DNA of 62,853 nt, counting the filler, from Dicyema japonicum (taxonomy: Eukaryota; Animalia; Dicyemida): assembly GCA_011109175.1 (NCBI GenBank). It is 6 parts of 6 records of this genome, joined end to end, with 100 filler letters (N's around TTAATTAATTAA, not from the genome) between each part and the next. Parts side by side here need not be neighbours in the genome. Positions count along the whole stretch, not along the records: positions 30,889 to 46,907 come from RDEW01000102.1; positions 47,008 to 56,428 come from RDEW01000250.1; 4 more parts are not named here. One strand, 5' to 3'. The translations under genes and the position numbers were made by a program. The notes beneath the pieces were generated by a model. The model was not told the DNA's origin, ran no database searches, and saw only the letters and a program-made list of their open reading frames with translations. Positions 38,880-51,789 of the stretch are shown here, one piece after another. Numbering within the stretch: the first letter of the stretch is position 1; the number at the start of each line of letters is the position of its first letter.

Positions 38880-39525
38880 TTTTTTTTTAACAATTAAACA
38901 AATGTCAGTTGAGGAAGCCTGCTGCGTGGATTGCGAACGAGTTCCCTCGGAGTATGGCTATTCCTATCTTTTGTCTTAGCCATAACCCTTCTCGTTGATC
39001 CCTTTTCTTTCTGGCAAGCAATCCTCCGAGTTCTTGCAAGAATTCAGCCGTCATTGGACCAACGGCTCCCGATGATTCGGTCGCAACAGGAGTAAATCGG
39101 TAGCGATCCCCGAGGCAAGAATATTTCTTGATTTTTAGGTTTTCCGCAGTCGAAGCAGCTGCTCCAGGTGTCTGAACCGATTTAAAAATGTTCGTGCTTG
39201 AGAACGTGTCTATGCAAGTTGCGTCCCAGACCAAAGATCTTCCAGACGTGAAGGGGAAAAGGGTCATCCCGTCAGGTCTCTTCCCATCTCCTCGATCAAG
39301 ACCCACTGGTTCAAGCTGTGCTGGGAAGCCTGAAGCCTTCAGAGCTCTGACGATCACATCATTCAGAGCAGCATGACGTGGTCCCCTTCCGGCGCTTCTT
39401 CTGCAGGACAGCGGGTGCAATCCTTTCGCATCGACTGTTTTCCCGCATCGGCATCGGTGCTCCTGGCAAACGTCTAGTCCCAGCCTTTGTCCGATTCCAA
39501 TCCTCAAAGAATCGTCGTCCAAAAA
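38880..39525 (-). mobile_element. 5'-truncated CRE-like element with an intact CCHC-REL ORF
   Basis: ORF 38905-39522: CRCGK...HPLSC...RHAALND...RPDGMTLFPF...WDATCIDT...AILRGN; AT-rich tail. Confidence 0.9.
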
Positions 39526-39734
39526 TTAAAAAAAAACTTATTTTTTATTTAGTGATGTCATAAATAGCTGTCTGTCTATTTTCCTTTGAATTATCATTTC
39601 TTAATAATTGTCGTATGTCATAAGAACCCGGAACGTTGACACAGTCAGGGTTGGTAAGACAAATTTATCACTTGAAAACATTAACAACCACTAAGTTTTG
39701 TCTCAAGAGAAATAAAATAGAGAGAAGTAAAATC

Positions 39735-40948
39735 CCCAAGGAATATAGAAAAGTAAATTCCCGGATTAATATAGAGATGTTAAATCCCCAAAGGAAAAGA
39801 ACCGGGATATAAGCTTACTTTATAGCAGATAGATACTTTATTAACGTAACAAACTCGTTACTAATTAAAAACTAATTAAAAAGGGAGAAGCCAACGAGTT
39901 TGTCCTGGTTGATGGGGTCTGGTTTAACGAGACACCATATGTTTCCTCTTTGAATTATTGATTCCTTGCATCCAACAAGAATTATTTTTTTCAAGTCGTG
40001 CAATATTTCCTTAATGGATCTTGCACGTCTCTCATCACTTGGCGGTAATTTAGACTTTAAATCAAGTCCATATACCAGTTTAATAGCATATCTCTTCGAT
40101 TTAACGAGAAGCTCTACAATAGTACTTTTCTCATCACTTTCAAACCATCCTTGGAAGCCATAAATCAAGAATGGTTCTAAACAAGCTGTATACACATAAG
40201 AAAAGTTTCCAGACTCAATTGAAAACGTAGAAGTGATTTCGACATCTCCGTAGCTTTTTACTTCTTTTTCTTGATATAATTAATGAAGGAACCCTTAGAG
40301 TTCAACAAACTCTAAGATATTGTAACTGTTCCATGCATTTGATCGCTCCAGTATCAATACAAATCTTTGATTTGTTCTTGAAATTCACAATCCATGAAGC
40401 AGTATATTTTTCAAGAGATAAGGATAAACCTTTATCTCGGCACCAGCATCTAATTATTTCGACATGTGTCGAAACACGTTTCCAAAAAATCGATCTATTA
40501 ATACTTAGATCGAGCAAAAGAATGTCATCGTCAAATATCAACATTTAGGTGTTCAAACTTCGGAATGTCACACATAGCGCAATTGAATAAAAGGGGACTT
40601 AAGACAGACCCTTGTGGAACCCTTTTTTTAACAAAATTTTCTTTGATATATGATCTCCAACACGTATAAAAGATTCTCTAACAGAAAGAAAATTTTTTAT
40701 CCAAACTAGAGCTTGCTCTCAATATTAAAATTTGACAAAGTTTTCAACAACCCAGCATCCCAAACGCTATCAAAAGCCTTTGATATGTATAGACATACGG
40801 CCGTAAGACATTCTCTATTTTTTTTAACAACACAAATAAAATTTGATAATATTGAAAAACAATCTCCAGTACCTCTAGTGGGGCGAAAACCACACTGTCT
40901 TCAACGTATTTTGATAATCTGTTGAAAATGATTTTTTCCATAATTTTC
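39735..40948 (-). mobile_element. Jockey/I-group LINE RT region, decayed
   Basis: CGFRPTRGT, ISKAFDSVWDAGLL and GVPQGSVLSPLLFN motifs. Confidence 0.8.
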
Positions 40949-41870
40949 NNNNNNNNNNNNNNNNNNNNNNNNNNNNNNNNNNNNNNNNNNNNNNNNNNNN
41001 NNNNNNNNNNNNNNNNNNNNNNNNNNNNNNNNNNNNNNNNNNNNNNNNNNNNNNNNNNNNNNNNNNNNNNNNNNNNNNNNNNNNNNNNNNNNNNNNNNNN
41101 NNNNNNNNNNNNNNNNNNNNNNNNNNNNNNNNNNNNNNNNNNNNNNNNNNNNNNNNNNNNNNNNNNNNNNNNNNNNNNNNNNNNNNNNNNNNNNNNNNNN
41201 NNNNNNNNNNNNNNNNNNNNNNNNNNNNNNNNNNNNNNNNNNNNNNNNNNNNNNNNNNNNNNNNNNNNNNNNNNNNNNNNNNNNNNNNNNNNNNNNNNNN
41301 NNNNNNNNNNNNNNNNNNNNNNNNNNNNNNNNNNNNNNNNNNNNNNNNNNNNNNNNNNNNNNNNNNNNNNNNNNNNNNNNNNNNNNNNNNNNNNNNNNNN
41401 NNNNNNNNNNNNNNNNNNNNNNNNNNNNNNNNNNNNNNNNNNNNNNNNNNNNNNNNNNNNNNNNNNNNNNNNNNNNNNNNNNNNNNNNNNNNNNNNNNNN
41501 NNNNNNNNNNNNNNNNNNNNNNNNNNNNNNNNNNNNNNNNNNNNNNNNNNNNNNNNNNNNNNNNNNNNNNNNNNNNNNNNNNNNNNNNNNNNNNNNNNNN
41601 NNNNNNNNNNNNNNNNNNNNNNNNNNNNNNNNNNNNNNNNNNNNNNNNNNNNNNNNNNNNNNNNNNNNNNNNNNNNNNNNNNNNNNNNNNNNNNNNNNNN
41701 NNNNNNNNNNNNNNNNNNNNNNNNNNNNNNNNNNNNNNNNNNNNNNNNNNNNNNNNNNNNNNNNNNNNNNNNNNNNNNNNNNNNNNNNNNNNNNNNNNNN
41801 NNNNNNNNNNNNNNNNNNNNNNNNNNNNNNNNNNNNNNNNNNNNNNNNNNNNNNNNNNNNNNNNNNNNNN

Positions 41871-43720
41871 CCGGATTAATGTAGAGATGTTAAATCCCCA
41901 AAGGAAAAGAACCGAGATATAAGCTTACTTTATAGCAGATAGATACTTTATTAACGTAACAAACTCGTTACTAATTAAAAACTAATTAAAAAGGGAGAAG
42001 CCAACGAGTTTGTCCTGGTTGATGGGGTCTGGTTTAACGAGACACCATATGTTCCCTCTTTGAATAATTGACCCCTTCCATCCAACAAGAATTATTTTTT
42101 TCAAGTGGTGCAATATTTCCTAAATGGATCTTGCACGTCTCTCATCACTTGGCGGTAATTTAGACTTTAAATCAAGTCCATATACCAGTCTAATAGCATA
42201 CAATATAAGATATTGTAACTGTTCCATGCATTTGATCGCTCCAGTATCAATACAAATCTTTGATTTGTTCTTGAAATTCACAATCCATGAAGCAGTATAT
42301 TTTTCAAGAGATAAGGATAAACCTGTATCTCGATACCAGCATTTAATTATTTCGACTTGTGTCGAAACACGTTTCCAAAAAATCGATCTATTAATACTCA
42401 GATCGAGCAAAAGAATGTCCTCGTCAAATATCAACATTTAGTTGTTCAAACTTCGGAATGTCACACATATCGCAATTGAATAAAAGGGGACTTAAGACAG
42501 ACCCTTGTGGAACCCTTCTTTTTAACAAAACTTTCTTCGATATATCTCCAACTCGTATAAAAAATTCTCTAACAGAAAGAAAATTTTTCATTTACATTAG
42601 AGCTTGCTCTGAATATTAAAATTTGACAAAGTTTTCAACAACCCAGCATGCCAAACGCTATCAAAAGCCTTTGATATGTATAGACATACGGCCGTAAGAC
42701 ATTCTCTATTCAAATCGTTATACTAATCGGCGCTTATTGCAATAATAATGTTATAGGTCTAAGAAACAATCTCCAGTACCTTTAGTGGGGCGAAAACCCC
42801 ACTGATCATAGAGTATTTTGATAATCTGTTGAAAATGATTTTTCCATAATTTTCGGTTTACTGCATATTAAGCTAATTAGCCTATAGTTCTCTGGATTTG
42901 AACTTGCTTTTTCATTTTTCGAGATCATCCGTACAAAAGACTTTTTCCAAGAAGAAGGAACCGGTCCAAAAAATTCATTTTCGAAAAAAGTTTCCAGAAT
43001 TTAGGATTAGAGTTTGGAGCATTTTCTCCTCCATCTATCTTCTTCAATATTTTTTGATACTTCGATCAATACACTCTATATAGACTTGATCCGCTTTTTG
43101 AGATGGTTAGAATCTTGTGGATCCCAATATCGTTTCAATTTTCCTTCTAAATTTCTCATTTCACGAAGCAAATGACATTGCTCCCCATTCATAAATTTAT
43201 TTCTATGTGGAGAAAGAAATCTACTCTTTACATAATAATCAAAATAGTTCAAAATAACATTTCTTAATTTTACATCCAAACTATCATATCCACATGATTT
43301 AAAATTCTCAGTTCTCGAATATTATCCAATTTCATAGAAATATAAAAATTAAATTAAGCCCAATGAATTCTGTTGATATTATATCCAAGAAATATTTCAT
43401 CTACAAAAACAGGTTCAGTTCGCAACTCCAAAGTTTGAGGTAAGTGATCACTTCCTATATCATTTTCGACATATGGCAGACCACTCAATAAAGCGTGGTT
43501 TTCTTGCATAACAAAAACACCCAATCTATCAGCACTCCGTTGTTAAAAATGATTAAGTTCTTTAGAAGTAAAAACGTCAAATTTTCTAATTCCATTATTT
43601 CCAATAAACATTTGCCGTTAGAATTAGTTTTCACATAACCATATGCAATATCTAGTGACTACACATTCGTGAAATTTGCCAGATTTTTAAATATAAGTGA
43701 AAGAACCTATGCGTATGTTC
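41871..43720 (-). mobile_element. Second, diverged copy of the same Jockey/I-group LINE, including APE end and linker
   Basis: 41871-42850 aligns to 39775-40948 with substitutions and a deletion; NYRLISL...EKII and DIGSDHLP upstream. Confidence 0.8.
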
Positions 43721-44469
43721 AATTGCTGGTAATCAAGAAGACTTTGGAGAGTATGATTGATCATTTACGAACCAAGTCGACGTTTCGCGGCGTTATGATA
43801 AACTTAATGGAGGGATAAAGGATATTTACTCTATGTCTGATTATGAAGAAATTCAAGAGAAAAGTGTGAGTGAAGAAAAGGACTGTGACAATTGGGTTTA
43901 CTCCAATAGTTGCTGAAATAAGAAACTAATTGGATAGAGAACATTTTAATTAGAATCATTTTGTGACAACTACCTTAAACCTTAAATGATCATAACAAAA
44001 TTTTAAAATAAAAACGATTTAAAAAAATCAAAAACTTCTTTAGTATCAGATAAATAAACTGTATTTAAAGTAGCACGATGAATAGAAATGTTATATTTAT
44101 AAACAGTAGTTTTCAATCCAATTATTAGATTTGGATCGAAATAGAGTTTTCGCTAACCAACGCTTTAGCGTTTGATTTTAGCGTTCCACCTGCCCTTGTG
44201 ATTGAGGGTGTCTTGGTCTACCATGAACCGCCGTTATCCCCCGATCATATAATAATGCTGAAAATTTATTGTTACAAAACTCTTTTTCAACCCTTTTCAC
44301 GCTTAATCGCTTTATTGACTCAAAATAAAATTTTTTGTTTTTTGAGGGAACAAGGGACAGATCTTTCGAAGCAAAACTTAGTTGTTGTTAAGGTTTTTAA
44401 GTGATAAATTTGTTTTATCAACCCGGACAGTATCAACAGCCCGGACGCTATCACATACGACAATTATTG

Positions 44470-45120
44470 TACACTTGACTCTCGCAAATTGGCCACAATT
44501 TTTACAATTTTTAAATTTTTTTAAAAATAAAAATTTAACACATGTCTTCCAATTCCACTCTTGGACGCTAACTCGGCTTACTTTTATTGAAAAACTCAAA
44601 TTGTTAATTATAAAGAAGAAAATGATGATATTTCGTGCCAGCGATTAGTTGATAGATTCTCACGCAGTTCCGAAAAACAATATCTAAAAAAACAATAAAT
44701 AATCTTTTACTAAAGAAGGACACTATTTTGAAAGATTTTATAAATTATCAACCGACTGAGTTACAACTTAGTTATTTCAAAAATTCTAATGGATTCTTGG
44801 ATAAATTCAAAGAGACACGGATTCAGAATGCGCAAGTTACACGGGGAAATGCAAACAGATAAATCTGTCGACGTTGAATCCTTTCTTGAAGAATTTAAAG
44901 AAATTTCAAAAGCATATAAACCCGACCAAATCTATAATCTGGATGAAACTGGGTTTTACTATAAGCTCATTCCATCGAATAGCATCTGCAGAAACCAATT
45001 TCAAAGTTAAAAAATTTTTAAAGACCATCTCAACATGAGCGGAACGCATAAGTTGAAATCAGTGATGACTGAATGGCAAGACAAAATAAGACCAAAAATG
45101 CCTCGATGTTTTCAATAAAT
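44470..45120 (+). mobile_element. pogo/Tigger-like DNA transposon relic
   Basis: RHGFRMRKLHGE...YKPDQIYNLDETGFYYKLIP...GTHKL...PRCF; candidate left TIR ta|cacttgactctcgcaaattggccac at ~44470. Confidence 0.75.
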
Positions 45121-45129
45121 TTTATTTTA

Positions 45130-45320
45130 TTTAGAAAATTTTAAATATAAAATTTTTAAGTTATTATTAAATTATTTTCTAAATAAATTAAAATGATAAA
45201 GATTCAAAAGAACCTGAAAAACGTTTTCGGAAAATTTTAAATATATAATTTTTGAGTTATTATTAAATTATTTTTTAAAAAAATTAAAATGATATAGATT
45301 CTAAAGAACCTGAAAAACGA
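45130..45320. repeat. Diverged ~97-nt AT-rich tandem duplication
   Basis: Two units ending gaacctgaaaaacg, with several substitutions. Confidence 0.75.
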
Positions 45321-45344
45321 ATTTATTTTTAATTTAACATCAAC

Positions 45345-45490
45345 CAGCCGGGTGGCTTAGTGGTTAGTTGACGAGTAACGCTGTCATCAGTGGATACTCA
45401 CTGCGGAACTGATAGTCTAGAAATGACCCACACACAAAAAAAAGAAAAAGTGAAGATTATTCCTTGGCTCTACGATTAGTTAAAATTAAC
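45345..45490 (+). repeat. Dispersed, possibly structured short repeat; second copy at 54945-55070
   Basis: About 70% identity; both keep cagtg...cactgcggaac and a downstream aagtgaaga. Confidence 0.6.
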
Positions 45491-45499
45491 TGTTCTTTA

Positions 45500-46143
45500 C
45501 TAAAATAAATTGTGTGTCCTGCCTATGCGGAGCTATACATATTATGGCTCTCGTGAAAAAGCTATTATTAAAGTACATTATCCTAAACTGTAATATCAAA
45601 AATGGGTTGCATATTTTGCCTTCTTTGTTGAACTGTCATTAAATCTTTCGGATTTAAACACTGATTTACAAGGAAAAGACAAGCTATAATATTTGCAAAC
45701 CCCTTTAACGTCAAAATTGAAGAATCTCCTGTACAATTCCAAATGGAATAGAGTGAATTGACAGCCGATTTATAGTTGAGCGCTTTAACGACACTTCGAA
45801 TTTTACCAATCTCTACCCAAAGAAAAATTAAGAATCTTGTAAATAATGCATACATGAATATTTCAATGTTCGGATCAAATTATGTATGTGAATACATTGT
45901 CAGCAAAATGGTTCAAATAAAGAACAAATACCGCGATAAACTGACAGCTATGCATCTAAGTCAGTTGTTACCGAATTCGGCATCTTTTATTGTACCAGGT
46001 TTTAAAGAGCTGATTGATTAAAAATTTATAAATTTACTTTTTCTTTCTTCTTTATACTAATAAAGTTTTAAAAAATTGGCGGCCACTACAAATAAAATAA
46101 TTTATTGATTTGGTTCCTGGGTCAAAATTCTTGAGAACCACTG
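45500..46143 (+). mobile_element. hAT (SPIN/GTF2IRD2-like) transposon 3' end with right TIR
   Basis: FANPF...SMFGSNYVCE...KNKYRDKLT..HL dimerisation domain. TIR ttgagaaccactg at 46131-46143 (reverse complement CAGTGGTTCTCAA), followed by ttcTAgac, which fits the nnnTAnnn target. Confidence 0.85.
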
Positions 46144-46149
46144 TTCTAG

Positions 46150-46900
46150 ACGATTACAAGATGGGTTTCTATTGTCTTGGTCCTCTTCGATTTCTTCGTT
46201 AAGTAATCCCAGCCTCACTAATTTGTAGGAAACCGGCGGCTATTAAGTAGGATGCAACAAATGCCTGTAGCTTACATAGATCAGTAAGTCTTACATTGTG
46301 GACGAACAATGTAATTAAAGGAAATCGAAAAAGGTGATTTACTGTCAATTTGGACAAGTTGCAAAAAATAGTAGACATCTTCACTTACGTTTGTAGAGAT
46401 GGGTGGTGCCCACATCGTAGACGAGCCAGGTTCACTCAGTCAATCAGAAGAGAAGAATTCAATTGAAGAAGGGGGCCGTTGTAGGATTTTATAATCATCG
46501 AGTTTACTCTCTTAAAACATGGAATCCTCACGAAAACAAGTTATTAGAATTCTCAAGAACCCACATATCAATCACAGACTGCGTATGCGAATTATTGAAA
46601 AAATAATCATTTGAAACGACCATGAGAATTATCGGTTATTCACATGTATACTTCTGGGTATGGCAGAGGAAAGATCACATCACCTCTATCGTACAAAATA
46701 TCATATTTTCGTTTAAAACTATAATGGTTTATTCTAAGAGCATTCCTACTAACCAAAAAAGAAATACATCCCATTCGGAGGTTTCGTTTTTCCAGCATAG
46801 CTTCAAAGCTACCAGACAGAGAAATCCTTCCTGCGGAGTTCAATCACTTTCAACTACTTTAGTATACTATTAATTGGAATTAAATGACCCAGTTAACTAA
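46150..46900 (-). mobile_element. Degenerate I/Ingi-like LINE 3' end
   Basis: LARLRCGHHPSL...C...TVNHLF.FP...LTDL resembles the C-terminal Cys-His region of these clades. Confidence 0.4.
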
Positions 46901-48424
46901 ATTCAGTNNNNNNNNNNNNNNNNNNNNNNNNNNNNNNNNNNNNNNNNNNNNTTAATTAATTAANNNNNNNNNNNNNNNNNNNNNNNNNNNNNNNNNNNNN
47001 NNNNNNNTGTGTAATTTAATAATCGCCAATTGAATGTCTGGTTCACTTGCACATGCGACGAGGAATTCCTAAGTAATCAAGTAATCGGATTTCTACACAA
47101 AAGAGATCCTCTCTAGTGCTGATGGCAATTTAAGCAAATCTAGCTCGCCATGCTGAGAGGGTTGCTGTAAATTAAATTAAATTATTAGCCCCGGCTTCGC
47201 CAGCAGAGGGGGTTGCTGTATGACGTTTTGTTTATTCCGTAATCCGTATATTAATAATTATTTAATATAATATTTATTTATTAATACAAAGTATTTTATT
47301 GAATATTTTCAAATAAATAGCGTGTACCATATGCGTACGTGGGAGTCTGAATATGTCTTCAAGTATTGAAAATCTGACAACCTTAGTTTACGATGGAGTG
47401 ATGTTGTTTTGGCTTCCTACTGTAAATATCCTAATCCATTTTCCTCAGTGAATATAGCCTCGATTGACGTCCTGGAAAGCGAAGTTAAAGTTTCAAAGGG
47501 GATCCCTTTATTGAATCGACATCGATTCATAAACATGGCCTACAATATTCCGCGAATTTTAACTTCAGTGATTTCCCTCAACGTCGCCTTTATCCACGAA
47601 AAATCTGTTCTGGACATGAAAAATCAAGAATTTAGTATGGTCTCTGAAAATGTAGTCACGTCAATTTATACTTAGGACAGGTGAATCTCCGCAGTGTTAT
47701 CCATGTGCAAGAAAAAATGGTCTACAAACCCCACAAAACTAATCCAGGACAGTGAACCCATGTGGTTATCTGATTTAGGACTATTTTGACTCAGATGGCC
47801 TCGGTGAGAATATCAGGAATTCCCTTTGCTTCATTTTTTGAAAAGTTTGTGGTGGACAATATCGAGAAAAATAGCTCCCTGGTATTGTTTATGCTTATTT
47901 TTAGGGGAGAAAGGCAATTAATTGGAAGGTTGAGAATAGCCATGATTAGTTGAATTATATATTATTTTAATATTTGATGACATAATTATTTTGTTTTTAA
48001 TTTTAAAACACGTGGTTGTTAGTGTTGTTTATTAGTTACTAGAATTATTGTCAATACTAATCATTAGGTCCTTGAGTTTCCATAGATATTCTTTGAGTTT
48101 CAAATCGATTAATAGCGTACTTTAATTTATATATTCCAACACAAGGATTAACTGAATAAAATAACTACAATTAATACTTCTCCTCCACAATACTTTCCCC
48201 AAGTCTCTAAATGATCTTTTGATTTTGGAAAAAGAGTTGTTGCCTATGAAACTATAGGTTATAGTGAATACACAAATGTCTTAGTTCTGTCATTCTAATA
48301 TCATTCAGAAGAATGATGTTGGGGATTAAAAATAATCAGAGATAGAAGACGCTTAAAATGATTAAGGATCGTGGGGAAATTCTATGTCCTACATGTGGTA
48401 TTCTGGTTCTGACCAAATCCATTC

Positions 48425-51400
48425 TTAATATTATTATTAATAGCACTTTCGAAGAACCAAAAATGTAATTTATTTAATTAAGGTTCCGCTTGTGCCGTAT
48501 TTTTCTTCAGGTTATTTTTTCCACAATTCTCTTGACCAACTTCCTCCATGCTCCGCGGTTACAGGCAGTTATTCCGAGCGTATCCAGATCATCTCCAGTT
48601 TTCAGCTTTCGTCCTACATTGGTCAGGTCCTTGTGTAGAACCTCTGGCAAAGTTATGCGAGGTCTTCCACGGAACGAGGTATTCACTTCTGGGCAGAAAT
48701 AGTTATCCATTGCTATTTTAGCAGGCGTCATCTGGCTCATTCGAAGGATGTGACCAAACAGACGCCATCTTGATTCCAGGATATCCAGACTCAATGGTCT
48801 TGTATTACATACTTTGTATAGATTCTTGTTTGTAATTTTTTTCGGCCAGTTGATGCCAAGCAACAGTCGGAGTTGCTTACGATGGAAGGCATCTAGTTTG
48901 TCCATTACCGCTTCTGAGACACCCCAGGTTGCAGCGTTGTACATTAGGACTGGTTTCACGAAGGCATTGTATAGTCTCACACGTAATTGTGTGCTAATTT
49001 GTTTACGATGATTCCAGACTACTCCCATTTTTCTAAAGGCCGCGACGGCCAACATCTTCCTGTTAGTGATATCCTCAGCGTCTCCGAGCAACGACCCCAA
49101 TTTTTTACAGTATCTCCATTTTTCATCAGTTCGGGTTAGTTCACGGCGTATGGTAGTTGTCTCCGTCTTTTCCGTATTGATTTTGATGAACCATTTTTCT
49201 AGGACATCTGGCATCCTTGTCCGTATATAGTTTAATGTTTTCTCGTCGCTGGATATATAGTCGATATCATCTGCATAAATCACTTCAGTTTGAGGTAGAT
49301 CGCCAATTAATAGTCTGAAGTCTCTGAGTGCCGCCTCCAGATATGTCACAAAAAGTACCGGTGACAAGGAATCTCCCTGCGGTACCCCGAACGTTGTCTC
49401 GAATGGGACAGACTCCAAATTTCCAAAACGTACACTTAGCTGCGTTGTTCCAAGTAATAGACGGATCATTCTGACACTGTCCTCGTCAACCAACTTCTCC
49501 AAGATATCCAAAAGTCTCCCTCTGTGTATAGAGTCAAAGGCTTTGGACATGTCCATGCCAAGGATGCCAATAGCCCCCTTGTACTTTTGATGTGTTGCAC
49601 AAAGCCATCGATGTCCCCAGACCACATCAGCTGTAGATCTCCCTGACCTGAATCCGCTTTGACCGTGAGAGAGAAAGTTCTCGATGTCAGATCCAATCCT
49701 GTTCAGCACTATAAGTGATAGTGTCTTGCGTAGAGTCGTCAATAGTACGATGGGTCTTAAATTCGTTAAGGGGCCTTTAGCTTTGCCCGGTTTTTGTAGT
49801 GCAATTAGTGTGCCATTACCCACATCCAGTGGTGAGTTGTATTTGAATGTTTTGTTGTATATCTCAGTTAATAGTTCAGAGATCTCGGTCGGTGCATATT
49901 TGAGAAGTTCTGCATTTATGTTGTCAGGGCCAGCAGCTCTATTGTTGTTCAGTTTGTCCAGGGCTTTTTTTGTTTCCAGAATCGTTATCGGAATATTTAG
50001 TTCTCGTGCTTCACCATCGAATTGTTTGATTTTTCCCCGTGGTTTTGATTGAAGGCCTGCTGATAATGGCTGGATATGGCCGATAGAATTTCATTTTTGT
50101 TTAACATAGTCTTTCCAAACTGGTCATGTATTGTGATTTTTGATGACTGCGTGTCTCTATGTAGTAGGTGAACAGCCTTGAACATCTGCGCTCCGTTTTT
50201 GAGTCTTTCTACTTCTTTAGCCATTCCAGCAAGTTTATTTTCCTTTATTTCCCTCGTTCTTTTCTTTATTTTATACAGGGTTTGGTTCCGCATGACTCTT
50301 AGAGTGTGTTCCTTTGCCTGGTCCTGGCAGGTTTCGACCTGTAAACGTAGGTTCCTCTGCAATTTGGATAGTTCTTCAAGCTCGTGGTCATAGTGCCCGT
50401 TGAAATGCTTCGGTTTTACTCCGACTGTTGAATGGGCCGCGCACTTTATTGCATCGATGGTGTCTTGCCACAGCTCCCCAGGCATTTTTTCTTTATTCCA
50501 CTGTCTGATCTTTTCTCTCAATGTATTTTGATAGCTTTCCCGAGTCGGTCCCACCATGCAGAGTTGCTCTACTGCGAACCTCCCCTCAGATATCCTCATG
50601 CCAGCCGCTTTGGAAACCCCAAAATATCGTTTGAAAAGGAAACGTGCCACAACCAATCTGTGATCACTATCTACTAGTGTCCCACTGTAGCTCCGAGAAT
50701 CTGTTAGCAGTGCCTTGTAGGCTTGTTTGCAGATAATGTAATCTATTTGGTTATATATAGGCTTGATAGTCCCAGATTTGTCCTTTCGGTAGCAGCTCCA
50801 TGTCGTCTTATGTCTTGCTGAGTGCCTGAAAGCAGTATTGCATAGAAATAGTTTGAATGTATTGCAAAATTCGATAAGCGATTCTCCTGAATGGTTCCTG
50901 ATCCCCCTTCCATGGCTTCCCATGAATTCTTCGTGACTACTCCCACGTCCTGCCTTTGCGTTCCAATCTCCGGCGATGTATGTCATTAACGATGTTTCCA
51001 AAGATGCATATAGTTGCGACAGGGAGGAATAGAAGTCGTCTAGTTCGTCTCCATTGATTGATACTCTCACAGAAGTTGGTGCATATACATTAATAATGGA
51101 GATTATGGAATGTTTACTTTCACCGTATTTTAATTGTAAAACACATATTCTATCGCTCACCCTCCACATCTTGTGGATTCGATTGTTCAGTTCTTTTTGT
51201 ATTGCAAATCCCATGCCGTAGTGTGGGCAATTCGAAAAGTGCAGAATCAGGCGGAAATCATTGTTGATTTCATCTAGTCCGCCTTTTACTTTCGTTTCCT
51301 GTAAGCACGCCACGGTTACCTTGTACGATCCAAGATCCACGCATAAATTTCTTCTTTTAGTATCCGACTTTAATCCTCTTACATTGAACGAGCTAATAGT

Positions 51401-51470
51401 GAAAGATCCCGAAGAAAAGCACGAAAAAGACATGTGTGCAATAGAGCCACGTCACCAGCTCAACCAAAAT
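48425..51470 (-). mobile_element. Full-length, nearly intact RTE family 1 LINE (APE-RT, ~975 codons, one frameshift at ~50030-50047)
   Basis: ORF 49997-51433 (APE motifs FNVRG, LQETK, GDWNA, SDHRLV) and ORF 48507-49823 (QSGFRSGRST, DMSKAFD, VPQGDSLSP, YADD); (TAA)n tail at 48425-48440. Confidence 0.95.
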
Positions 51471-51789
51471 ATACCTCCAAAAAAATAAGCTAAGTTTTGT
51501 GATTTCAATCGAGATTATTACTAACCCAAAAACACCAATAATTTAATTACTAAATTAATTAAGTGATCTCGATTCTCATCCTCTCTATCAGATTTCTCAT
51601 CCTCTCCTCGTGTGCCTTCTGGGATCCAACACAACTTCTTTGTGGGCTGGATGGTTTGAGGGATAGGAATTGGAGAAGGGTAATGTATACTCTTCTCATA
51701 AGACACGTCCTGGATGTGCACTGTTGAGAGTTGCACTGCCTGCACAAGGTATCAAATAACCTTCTCATTTTATCGGATAAGGTCTTCAA

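Noticed and set aside
40922-41884. 320-aa ORF and other X-rich ORFs in the track
   Set aside because: They are translations of N gaps; the ...LIN ends come from the artificial linker.
45345-45420. tRNA gene candidate (GCCGGGTGGCTTAGTGGTTAG start)
   Set aside because: No T-loop/B-box (GTTCRA) and no cloverleaf; treated as a repeat.
46640-46843. Tc1/IS630-like transposase (LPYPEVYM resembling LPPYSP)
   Set aside because: No DDE spacing support; the downstream sequence fits a LINE 3' end better.
47160-47225. Helitron-like 3' hairpin (gccccggcttcgcc...ggggg) with repeated gagggggttgctgta
   Set aside because: Weak stem, no CTRR end and no Rep/helicase fragments nearby.
50000-50060. Tiny intron as the explanation of the RTE junction frameshift
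   Set aside because: No GT...AG pair of length 2 mod 3 in the 20-35 nt range, and the segment is conserved as protein between families.
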